64,000 nt of DNA from Aplysia californica (Eukaryota), in assembly GCF_000002075.1 (NCBI RefSeq), contig NW_004797766.1, positions 280,315 through 344,314 on the forward strand. The letters are read 5' to 3'. A program made the translations under genes and the position numbers. Below the pieces are notes generated by a model. It was not told the origin of the DNA. It did not search any database and saw only the letters and a list, made by a program, of their open reading frames with translations. Shown one piece after another: positions 33,800 through 46,273 of this stretch. Every line of letters starts with the position of its first letter. Positions within the stretch are counted from its first letter, which is position 1.

Positions 33800-35840
33800 G
33801 TTCTCCTCAATTTTCAGATTTCTTAAAAGTGTTAATCCTATATTCTATGTGTAATGAAGGCTGACAAAGAATGGTATCTCAAGTCTCATATTTAAAATTT
33901 GCTTTAGCGTTTTGTACAAAGACCGTAATCTAGTGTAAATGTCTTGTAAAAGATGCAACCTTTCTGTGATTTTCTCATTTATACAGGCTACTCTCCACAT
34001 CCTTTCTAGAGTGGTGGTAAACTTAAACAAAAGTATACAGACAATAAAAAAACTATTCATTTCTTTTCAATACAAAATATTGTACGTTCAGTTTGAATGG
34101 CGTAACCAGATGTGGATACACTACGTTAAGCTACATTTTTGTGCTCTCCAGGGACTTGATGAACTGGATCGCAATCGTCAAAGTCAGCAGACATCTTTGC
34201 AGGCAGAGTTGAAGAAAGAGATGGCATTGCTGCAAAAGAAGATTCTCATGGACACTGTGAGTTTTGAATATTATGTTGAAGTTACTCAGTATAGAATACA
34301 TTTTCTATTCTGTTTGCGCTGGTCAATATTAGTGCCTTGAGTGATTTTCTATTCCATGGGTTGCATGCCCTACGATACTTTTTTTCTAATATAATGAGAG
34401 AAAAGTGTCCTACTCGATTCACATCTTATTGAGCAATTTATTAATCCTTGTACTCACTGCACCTTTCAATTTACTTTTTGATCATCTTTGATTTAACTTG
34501 TTACGCGTTACTCTATCACAGAACATAAAAATCGATGATTAGGTACAAGACTGACAAAAGCCATCATGCTATTTTGCATTTGTCAGAGTCTTGCATCCAA
34601 CCGTCAAAGTGTAAAGCACCACAGTACAAATTTTAAATACTGTCATCATCTCCAGTGCCCATGGACTTTACTTTTTTCAGCTGTATTTGTGCCCCTCTTT
34701 AACAAACCAAAAGTTTTGTTCACAAAAAATAAATTAATTTAATGGTTTCTTGGTGCCTTGGTGTGTTCTACTCCTTCTACATCTCACCACAACTATCATA
34801 GTCGTGGTCGATTCTGAGTTAAATATGGTTTTCATGATGATAATAGGTGTAATCTTCAACTCAACAATTGTTCTATCAGAGTGTATAATATATGTATTGA
34901 TCATGTCTCTCCTTTGGAGCATGTCAAAGAAGTGAAGATCTGAATGGAGGAAAGTAGCACTTGGACTGGGCAATGTACTTCTATGAGAAGCTGTATCACG
35001 CTTACTGCTTTTATCATCATCGATATTGATGGACAACCGAAAGACAGTTCTCGTTGCTTATCATAATAAGCTAAATATGGTGACCCCAATTCAACAAATT
35101 CTATGACTAGTTGTATTTGTAGACTAGTTGTATTTGTATGGGGGGGGGGGAGAGAAGGGTTATAGCGTGATAGGGAATATTAACCCTTTGCAGTCACTCA
35201 GCCAGTAGTACAAAATACCCCATCTGGTCACCCAGGCAAGAGAATGACTACAACGGACTTCTGGGGTCTGGTGCACAACTGCGCCAGGTGACCAAAACGG
35301 ATAAGTTTCACCATCATATTATTGCGCCAACTGACCACAAAGTGTTAATGGCCTTACCTATCTCATATATTGAGAATTTTGAACAAATTCTACTGCTTTT
35401 ATATTTTATTAACACTATTCTCTTTATATTTTCAATATCAAAATTGTCTTTTATCTCATGTTTATGATAGTGGATTNNNNNNNNNNNNNNNNNNNNNNNN
35501 NNNNNNNNNNNNNNNNNNNNNNNNNNNNNNNNNNNNNNNNNNNNNNNNNNNNNNNNNNNNNNNNNNNNNNNNNNNNNNNNNNNNNNNNNNNNNNNNNNNN
35601 NNNNTCTAGTGAATGCATAGATTTCTCAATCCTTTCGCCAGTGACATATCGTCCTAGTAACTGGGTGGTTTACACCCTTGTCTCTAAGTAAAAGAGAAAC
35701 ATCAACATACCAATTTCTCTTATCTTTGTTCTTTAAGAAAGGCTGTATGCAACATAGCAATGTATATTCTTCTTCTTTTTTTTCAGCAACAGCAAGAGAT
35801 GGCCAATGTAAGAAAGTCACTCCATTCTATGCTGTTTTAG
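26182..35840 (+). CDS. SYCP3: Synaptonemal complex protein 3 (Cor1/Xlr/Xmr family), complete, 8 coding exons, 239 aa
   Basis: Exons 26182-26308, 29530-29611, 30872-30906, 31592-31709, 32386-32485, 33048-33146, 34152-34256, 35787-35840. All introns are GT-AG with matching phases; total 720 nt. Protein [10 protein letters not shown]...[34 protein letters not shown]...[51 protein letters not shown]...[34 protein letters not shown] matches the conserved motifs and C-terminus of animal SYCP3. Confidence 0.97.
26368..26802 (+). mobile_element. 5'-truncated copy of the same Deu/Nin-like SINE in SYCP3 intron 1
   Basis: Aligns by eye with 51167-51570 over about 400 bp, apart from palindromic insertions. 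Confidence 0.85.
27503..27572. repeat. (TG)n microsatellite
   Basis: Read directly. Confidence 0.95.
28780..28831. repeat. (CT)n microsatellite
   Basis: Read directly. Confidence 0.95.
29530..29611 (+). CDS. SYCP3: SYCP3 coding exon 2
   Basis: cag|AT GAA GAA GCT CCC; (D)[26 protein letters not shown]; donor AG|GTTTGC. Confidence 0.88.
30872..30906 (+). CDS. SYCP3: SYCP3 coding exon 3 (35 nt)
   Basis: tttcag|C TCT GAG ATG; [11 protein letters not shown]; donor G|GTAAC. Confidence 0.93.
31592..31709 (+). CDS. SYCP3: SYCP3 coding exon 4
   Basis: (A)[38 protein letters not shown](R); strong polypyrimidine acceptor. Confidence 0.95.
32386..32485 (+). CDS. SYCP3: SYCP3 coding exon 5
   Basis: [33 protein letters not shown]. 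Confidence 0.95.
33048..33146 (+). CDS. SYCP3: SYCP3 coding exon 6
   Basis: [33 protein letters not shown]; donor GTAAGT. Confidence 0.96.
33544..33626. mobile_element. Tc1/mariner-type MITE
   Basis: TA|CAGTGCAGCCT...AGGCTGCACTG|TA. Confidence 0.85.
33746..33799. repeat. (CAT)n microsatellite
   Basis: Read directly; source of the spurious poly-Met ORF. Confidence 0.95.
34152..34256 (+). CDS. SYCP3: SYCP3 coding exon 7
   Basis: [35 protein letters not shown]; donor GTGAGT. Confidence 0.96.
34745..35000 (-). mobile_element. Highly degenerate CR1-like LINE fragment
   Basis: Minus-strand [10 protein letters not shown]...RSRTH resembles the CR1 RGDMIE.YKI...RTRGH motif. Confidence 0.35.
35184..35344. 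mobile_element. piggyBac-type MITE
   Basis: TTAA|CCCTTTGCAGTC...GACCACAAAGTG|TTAA. Confidence 0.72.
35787..35840 (+). CDS. SYCP3: SYCP3 last coding exon
   Basis: [17 protein letters not shown]; strong acceptor. Confidence 0.96.
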   Translation, partial: QQQEMANVRKSLHSMLF

Positions 35841-35892
35841 TGACGCCAGCAAAGTTTATCTCTCGTTATTGTCGTTCTTGTAAGTTTCAAAG

Positions 35893-35898
35893 AATAAA
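35893..35898 (+). terminator. Likely SYCP3 polyadenylation signal AATAAA
   Basis: AATAAA 52 nt after the stop, followed by a T/GT-rich downstream tract. Confidence 0.65.
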
Positions 35899-36207
35899 CC
35901 CAATTGTACAACATCTTAAAGTCTTTTCTGTTTATTTTGTTGTGCGTGGTCACTTGTATAATGTAGACTGTTTTTCTTATGATTGTTGTTTTTAATTGTT
36001 TTCTCTGTTGGGACTTTGTTATTCTTATCTTTATTCGTAATGGCGTTTTTGTCACCATTTATCTATTGGTCTTATCTGTTCACTTAAGAGCTGACATGTC
36101 GAGTGAATCGACTAACGCTACAAAGCACCGTTGGTCATTGGTATTGAAAGGGACAGTACTGTGCTCTATATGTCTGTCTGTCCGTCTGTATGTCCGTCTG
36201 TCTGTCC

Positions 36208-36249
<42 letters not shown>

Positions 36250-36309
36250 ATATCTATCTACCTGTCTATCTATCGATCAATCGATCGATCAATCGATCCA
36301 TCTGTCTGT

Positions 36310-36472
36310 GCTCTGGTGTGGTTTGCTTCTTCTTTCCTATGAAAACGTCTATCATCCTTATCTCCCCTTCTTTTTTATGTTTGTTACTCTCTTGTAACTC
36401 CTCTAATCTTCTGGCGCTCATATGACCTCATGCAGTTGCGAGCGCCGTAAAAACCTCTACTAAAACGAAAAA
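36310..36472 (+). repeat. Best-preserved copy of the ~160-bp repeat
   Basis: Ends GGCGCTCATATGACCTCATGCAGTTGCGAGCGCCGTAAAAACC...ACTAAAAC. Confidence 0.75.
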
Positions 36473-36544
36473 ACCATATGTCTGTCTGTTTTTTTGTCTA
36501 TCGATCTGTCTGTCCTGTTGTGTTACAGTATGTCTAGGGGGAGG

Positions 36545-36715
36545 TGGGCGAGTGGTTCTTTGAGTCCTGTTACAGTTACAGGCTTACGGGCAATAGGACC
36601 AAGCCAAATGGATTGACAGTCTTGGAAACTCCACAACGACGCTGAGTCTGGGATTCGAACCGAGCCACCCGTTCGTAGTCCAGCCTGATACCTAATGAGC
36701 TAACGGAACGTCCAT
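36545..36715 (-). mobile_element. Degenerate tRNA-derived SINE
   Basis: Minus strand TAGCTCATTAGG (A-box like) and GGTTCGAATCCC (B box). Confidence 0.5.
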
Positions 36716-37214
36716 GAGGGAAAGAGACATCTATGTATTGTACTTCTATTTTTAATGATAGTCAAAGTGAAATCAAAGCCCTTTGTTCCTACGTCACGTT
36801 ACAGTACCGTATTTCTTTTGGGTTTATTTTTTCAAATTTTGTTGCGTTTTTTAGGGGGGCAATTAAATAAATTGTCACAGTATGTGAGGGGGAGGGGTAT
36901 GTTCCTTCACAGAATGTCATCTGGAGTGTGATATCTCTGTTATTTTGTATTTTTGTCTAGTCATAACTTATTAGATGGGAGAAAGGGGTGCGGCCAGGAT
37001 GAGCGGGGAATAATGTTACGTTCTGTCGTTGTGTGTGTAATAAGACTAAAGAGACAGAAATATGCCCCGGTATACATTATATTTTTAAATCAAATATTTG
37101 TAGCNNNNNNNNNNNNNNNNNNNNNNNNNNNNNNNNNNNNNNNNNNNNNNNNNNNNNNNNNNNNNNNNNNNNNNNNNNNNNNNNNNNNNNNNNNNNNNNN
37201 NNNNTTCTAACTTT

Positions 37215-37410
37215 GAACATCTGCACAAGACATGTTATTTAAATAAAGGCGGAAATACTGCTCAGTGACCACAGCCACCCACTAACATCGGAATTTCAAG
37301 TTTCGGCCCGCAGTAAACGACATACATTCCTCAAAAGCAAGAACAGATATGGAAATCCATTCGTACCAACTGCAGTGGCGTAGCTGAACACACAGTGCTA
37401 CAAATGAAAC

Positions 37411-37460
<50 letters not shown>

Positions 37461-37625
37461 TTTTATGGATCGAGTTGTTTCAGCTCGAAAAACACGTATT
37501 TAGTAATGTCCTGTCTTGCTGTGTGTGTGCGTGAGTTCACCTAACCTTTGTAACATTCCACTGCCATTGTAAACGACCAAGACAAAATTAATTTCTCCCT
37601 CTGAAATGAATTCAATAAAGATCGT
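37215..37625 (+). mobile_element. Degenerate 3' fragment of a Rex/Babar- or L2-like LINE
   Basis: DHSHPLTSEFQ...NRYG..FVPTAV resembles the DPSHPL..F...R.R.NRF..SF.P.A C-terminal motif. Confidence 0.55.
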
Positions 37626-37959
37626 CATTGTCAAAAAGAAACTTCAACAAAAAAACCCATCATATTCAGCACCAAACATTGGTACAACTCCAAACCTATA
37701 CATCTACATAATGTATATAGTATAATATAGACATTAACACTCCACTGGGTTTTAATACATGTTTGAACCACAGTACACTAAAGAATTTAACTCGTTCTAT
37801 ACCATGAAAATCTAATGTTAGACATGCCCTCCATCGTCAAACTCCGAAGGATCTAATTAGATGCACTTTACATGCTGATTCAGCAGCACAATTCCGTCCA
37901 AATGACGAGGGGGAAATTGTCTGGAGAATAGGTTAATTTATTTGTTTTAACCCCTCCTT

Positions 37960-38490
37960 CCGGGGAATTACAATGGCCAAGGCTAGTTTCAATAAAAATG
38001 AGCCCAATCCTGAAAAATAGAAACAACTCAATGAACACCAAAATGAAAGTTCTGAAATGCTTTGTTTGGCTAACCCTTCTATATTATATGACTGTGAATG
38101 CTGGACAATCAATGAAGACAGTGAAAATAAGATAGAAGCAACAAAAATGTGGTTTCTTAGGAGACTGCTAAGAGCATCGTGGAAGGAAAAGAAATAAAGT
38201 GAGGTACGTGGGACGCTCACTATTAAAAACAATCAATCAGGAAACGACAAATGCAGTTTTGGAGACACCTGAATAGACATAAGGGTCTTGAACATCTAGC
38301 TCTCACTGGCAAAATTGAGGGTAAGCGAGGCAGGGGTAGGCCCAGAACAACATACTTAGGGAACCTAAACAAATGGGTAACAGGGAAACATCAGGGAAAC
38401 GTAGCATTTTTAGAGCATTCGAGCAAAGGAATGAATGGAGAACCCTGATCGCCGATGTCTGTCTCAGATCTGGCACTGGATGATGAACCC
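37960..38490 (+). mobile_element. Degenerate 3' fragment of an RTE-clade LINE
   Basis: Frameshifted translation MAKASFNK...KVLKCFVW..LLY..ECWTI...KIEATKMWFLRRLLRASWKEK and LTGKIEGKRGRGRPRTTYL, typical of the RTE ORF C-terminus. Confidence 0.85.
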
Positions 38491-41061
38491 CTCCTCCCCA
38501 CCTGGAAAAAAAAATCGACACAATTTAGATCATTAGAATAGATGGGCAGCTTCGACCCTGCCTGTCAGCAAAGATTCTCTCTTAGTCTTAGAGAATCTTT
38601 GCTGTCAGGGCCCCCGGACTAAGAGGTATACCACGTCCTTATGCACTCCTGTCTTCTGCGCACGATTCTCGCATGGAGAGTTTTGGGGAGAGAGGTATGT
38701 GTTGTTTTGTTTGTTCGTTTATTATTTGTTTGCAGTTGTTGTTGTTTTGTTGTTGTTGTTGTTTTTTTTGTGTGTGTTGTTGTTTTTTTGGTTGTTTTTT
38801 TTTGGGGGGGGGGTTCAGTGGAGTGTTTCTATCTGTCTACAGGGACGTTGTACTCTTCCCAGCACGGTTTGGCCCTGACAGTGACAGACAGGGTCGACAC
38901 AGCCCGTCTTCTGAACGATAGACGAACATGTGTAGATCAAGATGGGCTCGTAAAACAGCTACAATCAAATATTGAGTAGCCACCGACTAAAACTAGTCAG
39001 AAGGCATGTATTTTGCTGGTACATGAAAGACCATGAACCGAATAAATGATAACATCTTGAACTCACATTATCATACTAGAACAGGCTGTCTTCAGACGAA
39101 ACATCGAAGCAGAAAAAAGGATCCGCATTTTGCCGTGAGAATCATACAATTTGATTTATTTAATTCTGTATAATTATGAAGACCGCCCGAGTGAGGGTTG
39201 CGATTCGATAAGGCCACATAAAACACCCAAGCTTCTCTCTACACGTTCGACTAACGTGTGATAAAAAAGCAAGTGCTGGGGGGAGGGAAAGAGACAAACA
39301 GACAGATTAAAACCTTTATATTATATTTTGGTCTCTCAATACCGATAGCGTTTCTTTTATAAGCGTTTTCTTTAAACTTTAATTTAAAGCCTAAGTGAAA
39401 AGTAAAGTTTGTTTGTTGTTTTTATTTGTTTGTTTGTTTGTTTTTGTTTGCGTGTTGTTGTTTTGTATTTTGTTNNNNNNNNNNNNNNNNNNNNNNNNNN
39501 NNNNNNNNNNNNNNNNNNNNNNNNNNNNNNNNNNNNNNNNNNNNNNNNNNNNNNNNNNNNNNNNNNNNNNNNNNAGGTTAAACACAATCTAAAATATATC
39601 TTTTTTAAAATTTCTGAATCTGGCGTTGTGAGAACAAGACACCGAGGTAGGAATACGTTGATGAATTATTCCCCATTTAACTCGCTCCGCTGATGTGGAA
39701 TCGAAAACAAACAGACAAAACTAATCGTTTTTGTCTTTCCGCCAACAACATAATATTATGTGCAGCCAAATAATTAACGTGATTAGCGCAATTGGCATGG
39801 GACGCTGTTTTCCTTTGTCAGCTTCTGTTTGGCTTTCTGCTTAAATAGTAATAAACAGTTCATGTATCAATGCCTTACTGTAAAACCCTGTAAGTCACAA
39901 AATCATGATTTTAGTTTTATTTTTTTTATATTAGACTGATTCGAATGATCCTTTTGTCCCTTCTCCCAGAGGAAAGTATATAGCGTGTACCTGACATCTT
40001 GACATCAGTCGGATATGATTAAAATGAAAAGCTCTGACCCACGACAAAAAGGTAATTTTAATAGCTCTCTCATTAGCTGTGACTTGAAAGGTTTTTGTTG
40101 TTGTTTTTTTGTGTTTTTTGGGTGTTTTTTGGGGTGGTTTTAGATTTATTTTTTTTAATTTAGGGGTGGAGGTTGTTGGGTTTTTTTCAGTTTTGAACAG
40201 TATAGCTTTTTAAAGCACGATACCGTTGATATTTTGGTAGCAACAAACATGCCAATCTATCCCAGAACGCCGAGAGATCGATGAGTCTGGATATTGACAA
40301 GGAAAAACATAGGAGAGGGATGGGCGTGTGAAAAACGTATGGAAAGAGGTTCTGACTGGATTAAAACGGTGACGACAGAGATGTTTCTGGAATGCTCCTG
40401 GCCGTTGCTTTGGTCTGGCATTTCGCTTGCTTAGTGATTAAAGGGCCCATTAGCCATACGCGAGTGTTGCAGTTGTCACTTTTTGACTCTGCTGAGGTCA
40501 TTACTTGTTATCGAGGAAAGAGAAAACAGATATGCATTAAGTCCACAATTAAGGCTATTATTGTTATAATACAGTTGTGTTACTGCCAATGATCGGGGAT
40601 TTGCAGGCAGCTAAATGGAATCAGCGACATGCGAATTTATAGTAGATGGATTTCAGTCTGATATGAAATAAGCAGTGTGAATGTTGCGCTAGATATAGCT
40701 AAGATCGATTTCTAAAAACTAATTCTGAAATTTATGCCACAGAGAATGCTTAATTTGACGTGCGAATATAAAACATGGAACTTTCTAATAATATGGTACG
40801 CATATGCCCTTTCAAGAAGCTTACCATCTCAGTACAAAACGCTGCCCTTCACCAGTATAATAAATGCCTCCCCCCCCCCCCTTAAAAACAATTGAAAAAG
40901 GGGGGAGAAAAGATGCATAGCACACGTACCCATTACGATGAATTGGCCTTCAGGTTCTGTTGTGGATGTGCGACCTTTCTTATAATGGAAAAAGTTTAGG
41001 CTATTAGACTCAAAACCAAAAAGTTGTAGAAAACAAAAAAGTTGTAGAAAACAAAAAAGTT

Positions 41062-41330
41062 GTGGGTTTGAACCCCATCAGGGGCCAGACTTAGTGTCAT
41101 TGGGAAATACATTTTACTCGAATTTTCCTCACTTTACCCAGGCGGGAATGATAGCCTGGATTTAGACGGCGAAAGATCTTTTCGTCTGGTCAATAATTTT
41201 GTTAGTGAGTGAGCGCTTATAATTGGCTGTTTGCGCTGTATATTTCTTGGGAAGCCAAAAATGTTTCTGGGTGTTCTATGGTCTGCTGGGGAAGTAATAG
41301 GGAAATACAATTAATTGATATTTATTGTTA
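41062..41330 (+). mobile_element. Third, diverged copy of the CORE-type SINE
   Basis: gaattttcctcactttacccaggcgggaatg...aagatctt...gagcgcttat...ggtctgctgggg matches the other copies. Confidence 0.72.
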
Positions 41331-44300
41331 TTACACATAATATCAAACAAGAACGCCTGCATGGATGGTGTGACCTTCACGATATTGTGTCTTTTCCGTG
41401 TCTTTTCCTGCATTTGTTCCTCTTTTCTTCCTTATAACATTATAACTGCACAACCAAGAGAGCTTCAAGGCTGGCAGAACGGAACTGCGGTGCAGGCAAC
41501 CCTGGTTCGAAATCCAAGTGAGGTATCAGTGAGCATGAGGATCTTCGCGCGTGGCGTCATGGCTACGCCCATGTTGACACCACAGAGATTGGAGACCCCA
41601 GAAGTGCGTAATAAGTCAATATAATACGTTCTGAAAGAAAGCCTGGGGTGGGCATCTGCCCTAAATTTTAACTGTTTCCCATTGAGGCACCAGAGGACGG
41701 TGAAAGAAGAGGGGGTAGGGTGGGTGGGGAAGGTGTGGTATGGATGGGGGTGGGGGGGGAGGCAGAAATGGGGAGATAGAGGGGGATAGGGGAGGAAAGG
41801 AATGGGAAGTGGGTTGGGGGGGGGGGGTTGGGGGGGGCAATCGTGGGGAGAGGGAGGGAAGGATGGATGGGGTGGTGGGGTATTGTGGAGGGTCACTTTA
41901 GCCCTATCAGAGCACAGGACGAGTGTACACAGTGTCAGATGACGTGTGTAGCGGTCGGTGTCATCAGTATCATCCCCTGTAAGTGTCCGGCTACTGACCG
42001 AGGTAACTCTCTTTGTTCTACGGCCTCTATCAGTGACCAAGAGTTGTCGGTAATTGCTGTTTAGTGGTAGCCAAACATGTAGTGCTTGAGAGCGCGTGGA
42101 GTGCCATGGAGGGGGCCATAAAGATTAAGACTGGCTGACGCCTAGCTCGGACTCCACTGGCGGCTATATCGGGACAAGCCCAAGTAATGGCGAAAAGAGC
42201 AAACAAAGAGGTTCAATTTTTCTTCTCCACTTGCGCCTGGCTTATGTCTTTACATTCTTGTATCACTATTTTATGTATTCATTTATGTATCTTTGTTATT
42301 CGTTATTTTCTTTTTTTTTTCTTTTGGAAGGAAGAAGGGAGTGTCGTGGAGATTGGAAGAAAAAGTTCAAACTGCTGAAGTATTTGGCTGGTTTTGTGGT
42401 TTGAAAATGTTGTCATATTGTAGACTAGCTGGGGCCCCTTTCGATGAAAGGAATGATCGGTGCATGAACATCAACTGAAAGTCATTGGCCTACCATATTT
42501 ACACTCTACTGGAATGGAGCAATAAATCTTGAGAGATGCATAAAAATAGAAGGTCTATATCTATACATGTACCCTCAAACCAAAATGCACCTCGCGAAAT
42601 ATCACTTCCGGCACTTCCGCTGTGAAGGGCAGCTACGCAGATTTGTTTCGTTCCTCACAAAGGCCAAAGAAGGAGGGGAACTTTTTGTCAAATATATTTG
42701 TCTAAATTCAGGAAATTAATAAATCTAAAATCGGGCTCCGTCATGTTGACCTATCTATCTTTTTGCAGGTACTTGCCAACTTTCAACTCTGTTGCGGTTG
42801 TAGTTTTGTGGGAAAAGTGGCACATGTGTTTCCAAGTTCCAAATTATATAGATACCAAAACCGGGTTGGCCGTGCGAGGCAGGCAACGTTTCTAGAGCCG
42901 ACTTCTAAAATTATCTAATTTGTGTCAGTGAAATGGTAAAACACCTTCATCAAAAAGAATTATTCATACCATTCTTATTTAGATCTTTAGCCTATAGTGT
43001 TGCTGATGGTTTTTGGTTGTTGCTTTTTTCAATTAATTGTGTTGTTGTTTTTTCAAACATGTGTGCCGTTGACGAATGAGTCAGAACAACAAACACAAAT
43101 CAATCAAGGCCTTCTCGCAAAACATGAAAGAACTGGTATGCTTTAGGGTTGTTGTTTTTTTAAGTTAAAGGCATGTACTAATGATGATAGTAAACAACAA
43201 TAATAACAGTCATTACGACAACAATGTAAATAGAAATGAGATTATGGGTTCTCTGTCAGAATGTCTTTGTTTTCCTAAATTGACATAGTTTATTTCATTT
43301 GGTTTGCTCAGCTGCAAAGTATAGGCGCAGTTAAATTGCAATCGGCAAAGGCATTTTGAAATAATGATAGTACCACCCGGACGCATAACAGGCTGTCAGG
43401 CTGTACATCGTCTTCTGGTGGAACTTAGGTTTGTCTTTACACGCGACAACTTCGTAAAGTCGTTTTGGTCTTCTTTTTTAAAATGTAGATGTTTGGCACG
43501 GGTTTCGACCCTGCCTTCCATGACCAACCCGGACTGAGAAAGAAATACAACGTCTCAGCAGAAAAACGGAGATACTCGATAAAAATTCTCGCCAGACGGG
43601 ATTCATCTGAGATCTCCTGTGTGCGGCGACGACTTGCCTAGTCTGTACACTACAAGAGGCTGGTGTCTTCATTTTGGATGGACTTGTATTTGAAATTGCA
43701 GTTCACTAACACCCCGAATTGTTATGTTATGTATTTATCTGAAATTAGGCGCACCTGTAAAAAGAACTATTCTAGCGAGGCCAGTTGATGAGAAGGAGGA
43801 GAAAGAAGAGTCAGGGAAAAAAAGAAGTATCGGCTCCACATTCACAGCTGCTGTGATTCAGTCACTATGATTGTGATGGGACACTGGATTGTGAAAGTTG
43901 AACCTCCCCGCATCCCCCCCCCCCCCCCCCCCCCCCGCCCCTCTTACAGAGAGAGGTCAGTGTTTGTCCCATTCTCCCTGTCCCACAGCCCTACCGCCCG
44001 GGGAGAAGATAGCTCTTAACCATTTCAAGAGGGAAGATAACTCGACGAGAACGAAATTTTATTAAACTCCCTTATCCCTTAAATCCGGCCCGTTATCGAG
44101 TCATACAGTAGTGCTGTTCGAATTTGCCAGAACGGAAAGTCGTTGAATGTTCGAAGAGTTCAGCCCATACTCATTACTATTCGAGGATTTTGAGGAAAAG
44201 TTTTTTTTTTCCATTTAATGAAAAATATTAAAGATCAATCTTCATAATTTGTATGAGTATAAAAGCTTTCGAAAAAAAATCGTTTTCCACGACCTTAACG

Positions 44301-45526
44301 AAAGTCAGTAGTATTTGAAGGTGTGTTTTTGTAGTGCTGAGGTTCAAGTGCTAAGTCACTAACCTGTGATTTTCCTATGTATCTCTGTATAGATTTGTTT
44401 AAAAAGGAACACAACATCCCACCACAACTCACTCGAGCTTCTAAAGTTGATGCTGGAATGAAAACATCCATCGAGAGATGGATTAAACTAGATTATCTCC
44501 AAGTCACTAAATATTCGTAGATTAAGACGCTCGCCAAACAGCAGTGAGCGGTCGAGAAAACATCTTCGAATACTCTCTAGTCGAATGTGAAAAGCATTAT
44601 CACACTTGCCTGAAGCAAGGAAACGATCGAACCCCCCGTACCCTTTTTTTTAAGACAATCACAGGACGAGGTTCTTCAGCCAATAGACGTGTGTGTGAGG
44701 CCGAGAAATCGCGTCTCTGTTTGCTCTTCGATAATGTATCAGGCCCGGTACTCGACGGTTATTGGCCACAACTTTCGCCTCTATCTGTTTGTCAACAGCC
44801 GGGTCGGACAGTGACTCGGCGGGGAGCGGCAATCTGTGGGCCAGGAGAAGCCGCACCTCATCTGACAGGACGTCTGTCTCCCCATCCAGGCTCTTGATTA
44901 CACGCTCGCTCCTCCCACACGGCTAATCTTAATGTACCATCGGCTTCTGTGTCCATCTCATGATCCTCGTCTTGTGGGTTAAAGATCTGAGTTCGATTCT
45001 CGCTAAATGAAAATATTTTAAATGGAAGTGCATCTTGTGTCTTCCCCATGGCCTGAGTTGGTCCTGACTAGCAGAGTCGGAGCAGCCAACGACCGATAAC
45101 ATTCGCATTTTTGTCGACGGGGTCGTAAATCATGCACAATAAAGACATGCCCTGTTCAAATATGTTAATTTAATGTTAACTTTGAGGTGGTTTAGGTTGT
45201 TTTGATTGCTCAATGAATGTTTTAATTTCAGCGTCAACTTCTGACAAGGGAGGAAAATAGGGGGGGGGGAGGGGGGGGGGGGTCCATGAGTTGCATTTAA
45301 CATACTCATCTGAGTCTGGAGATACACGAGGATGGCGTGTACAGGAAAGTACTTTTTCTGATTTTATTCGATTAGGTCAGGTGCAAAAGAGTTTTTTTCT
45401 ACCAAAACAGAGGGAATGCGTGAATAAAACTTACACTAGCGCTCACTGTGAAAATGTAGGCCTAATTGCAGTTGTTTTACACCCCAATGGGCACCGTTTT
45501 ACATTGATTAGGAAGTCAGCTGATTT

Positions 45527-45774
45527 GACCCTGCCCGCCAGGGCACGCCCTGGGGTCATTTTGTACCCCTTGGGTTGTATTCTTCAAATTTTAGAATACC
45601 TCTAGTACGAAAATCTCTTTAAAATTTTCAGTATTTCTCAAAAAATCATTTTGACAGACTGCTATGCAAAGCGTGCGGATCAGATTAACGTGTAACTTTC
45701 CTCTTTGAAAGTGGTGGCCCAGAGTTCCCCACGTCGTATGTGCGATAGTAAAACATGACGTACGGGTAGGGTTA
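45527..45774. mobile_element. piggyBac-type MITE (second copy at about 18058-18300)
   Basis: Ends CGTACGGGTAGGG|TTAA; the ~230-bp interior closely matches 18070-18295. Confidence 0.75.
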
Positions 45775-46273
45775 AGAAAAATAAAACACCCCCAGTAGAC
45801 AAACGGGGACACTCAGTTAAAACCCTAACCACATGAGAATCGAACTCATGTCTTCAGTGTGTGACGACAAACCGCCTAGCCGCTACGCCACAGACGACTG
45901 TCCCATGGTTGTGGTTAACGGTTGTCTTGTTCTTCTGCTGCAACCTACTTTGTCTTTTCGTTTTGTGGTTTCCATTTACAAACAAAAAAATGTAGCTACA
46001 GAATAATTTGCCCTCGTCTCTGTCTGCATGTCTGTATCTCCTNNNNNNNNNNNNNNNNNNNNNNNNNNNNNNNNNNNNNNNNNNNNNNNNNNNNNNNNNN
46101 NNNNNNNNNNNNNNNNNNNNNNNNNNNNNNNNNNNNNNNNNNNNNNNNNNNNNNNNNNNNNNNNNNNNNNNNNNNNNNNNNNNNNNNNNNNNNNNNNNNN
46201 NNNNNTGCACCCTTGTCTCAAAGCGACAAATATAGAGTTAACTCCTGAACACAGTCAGGTCTTTCACAACCTA

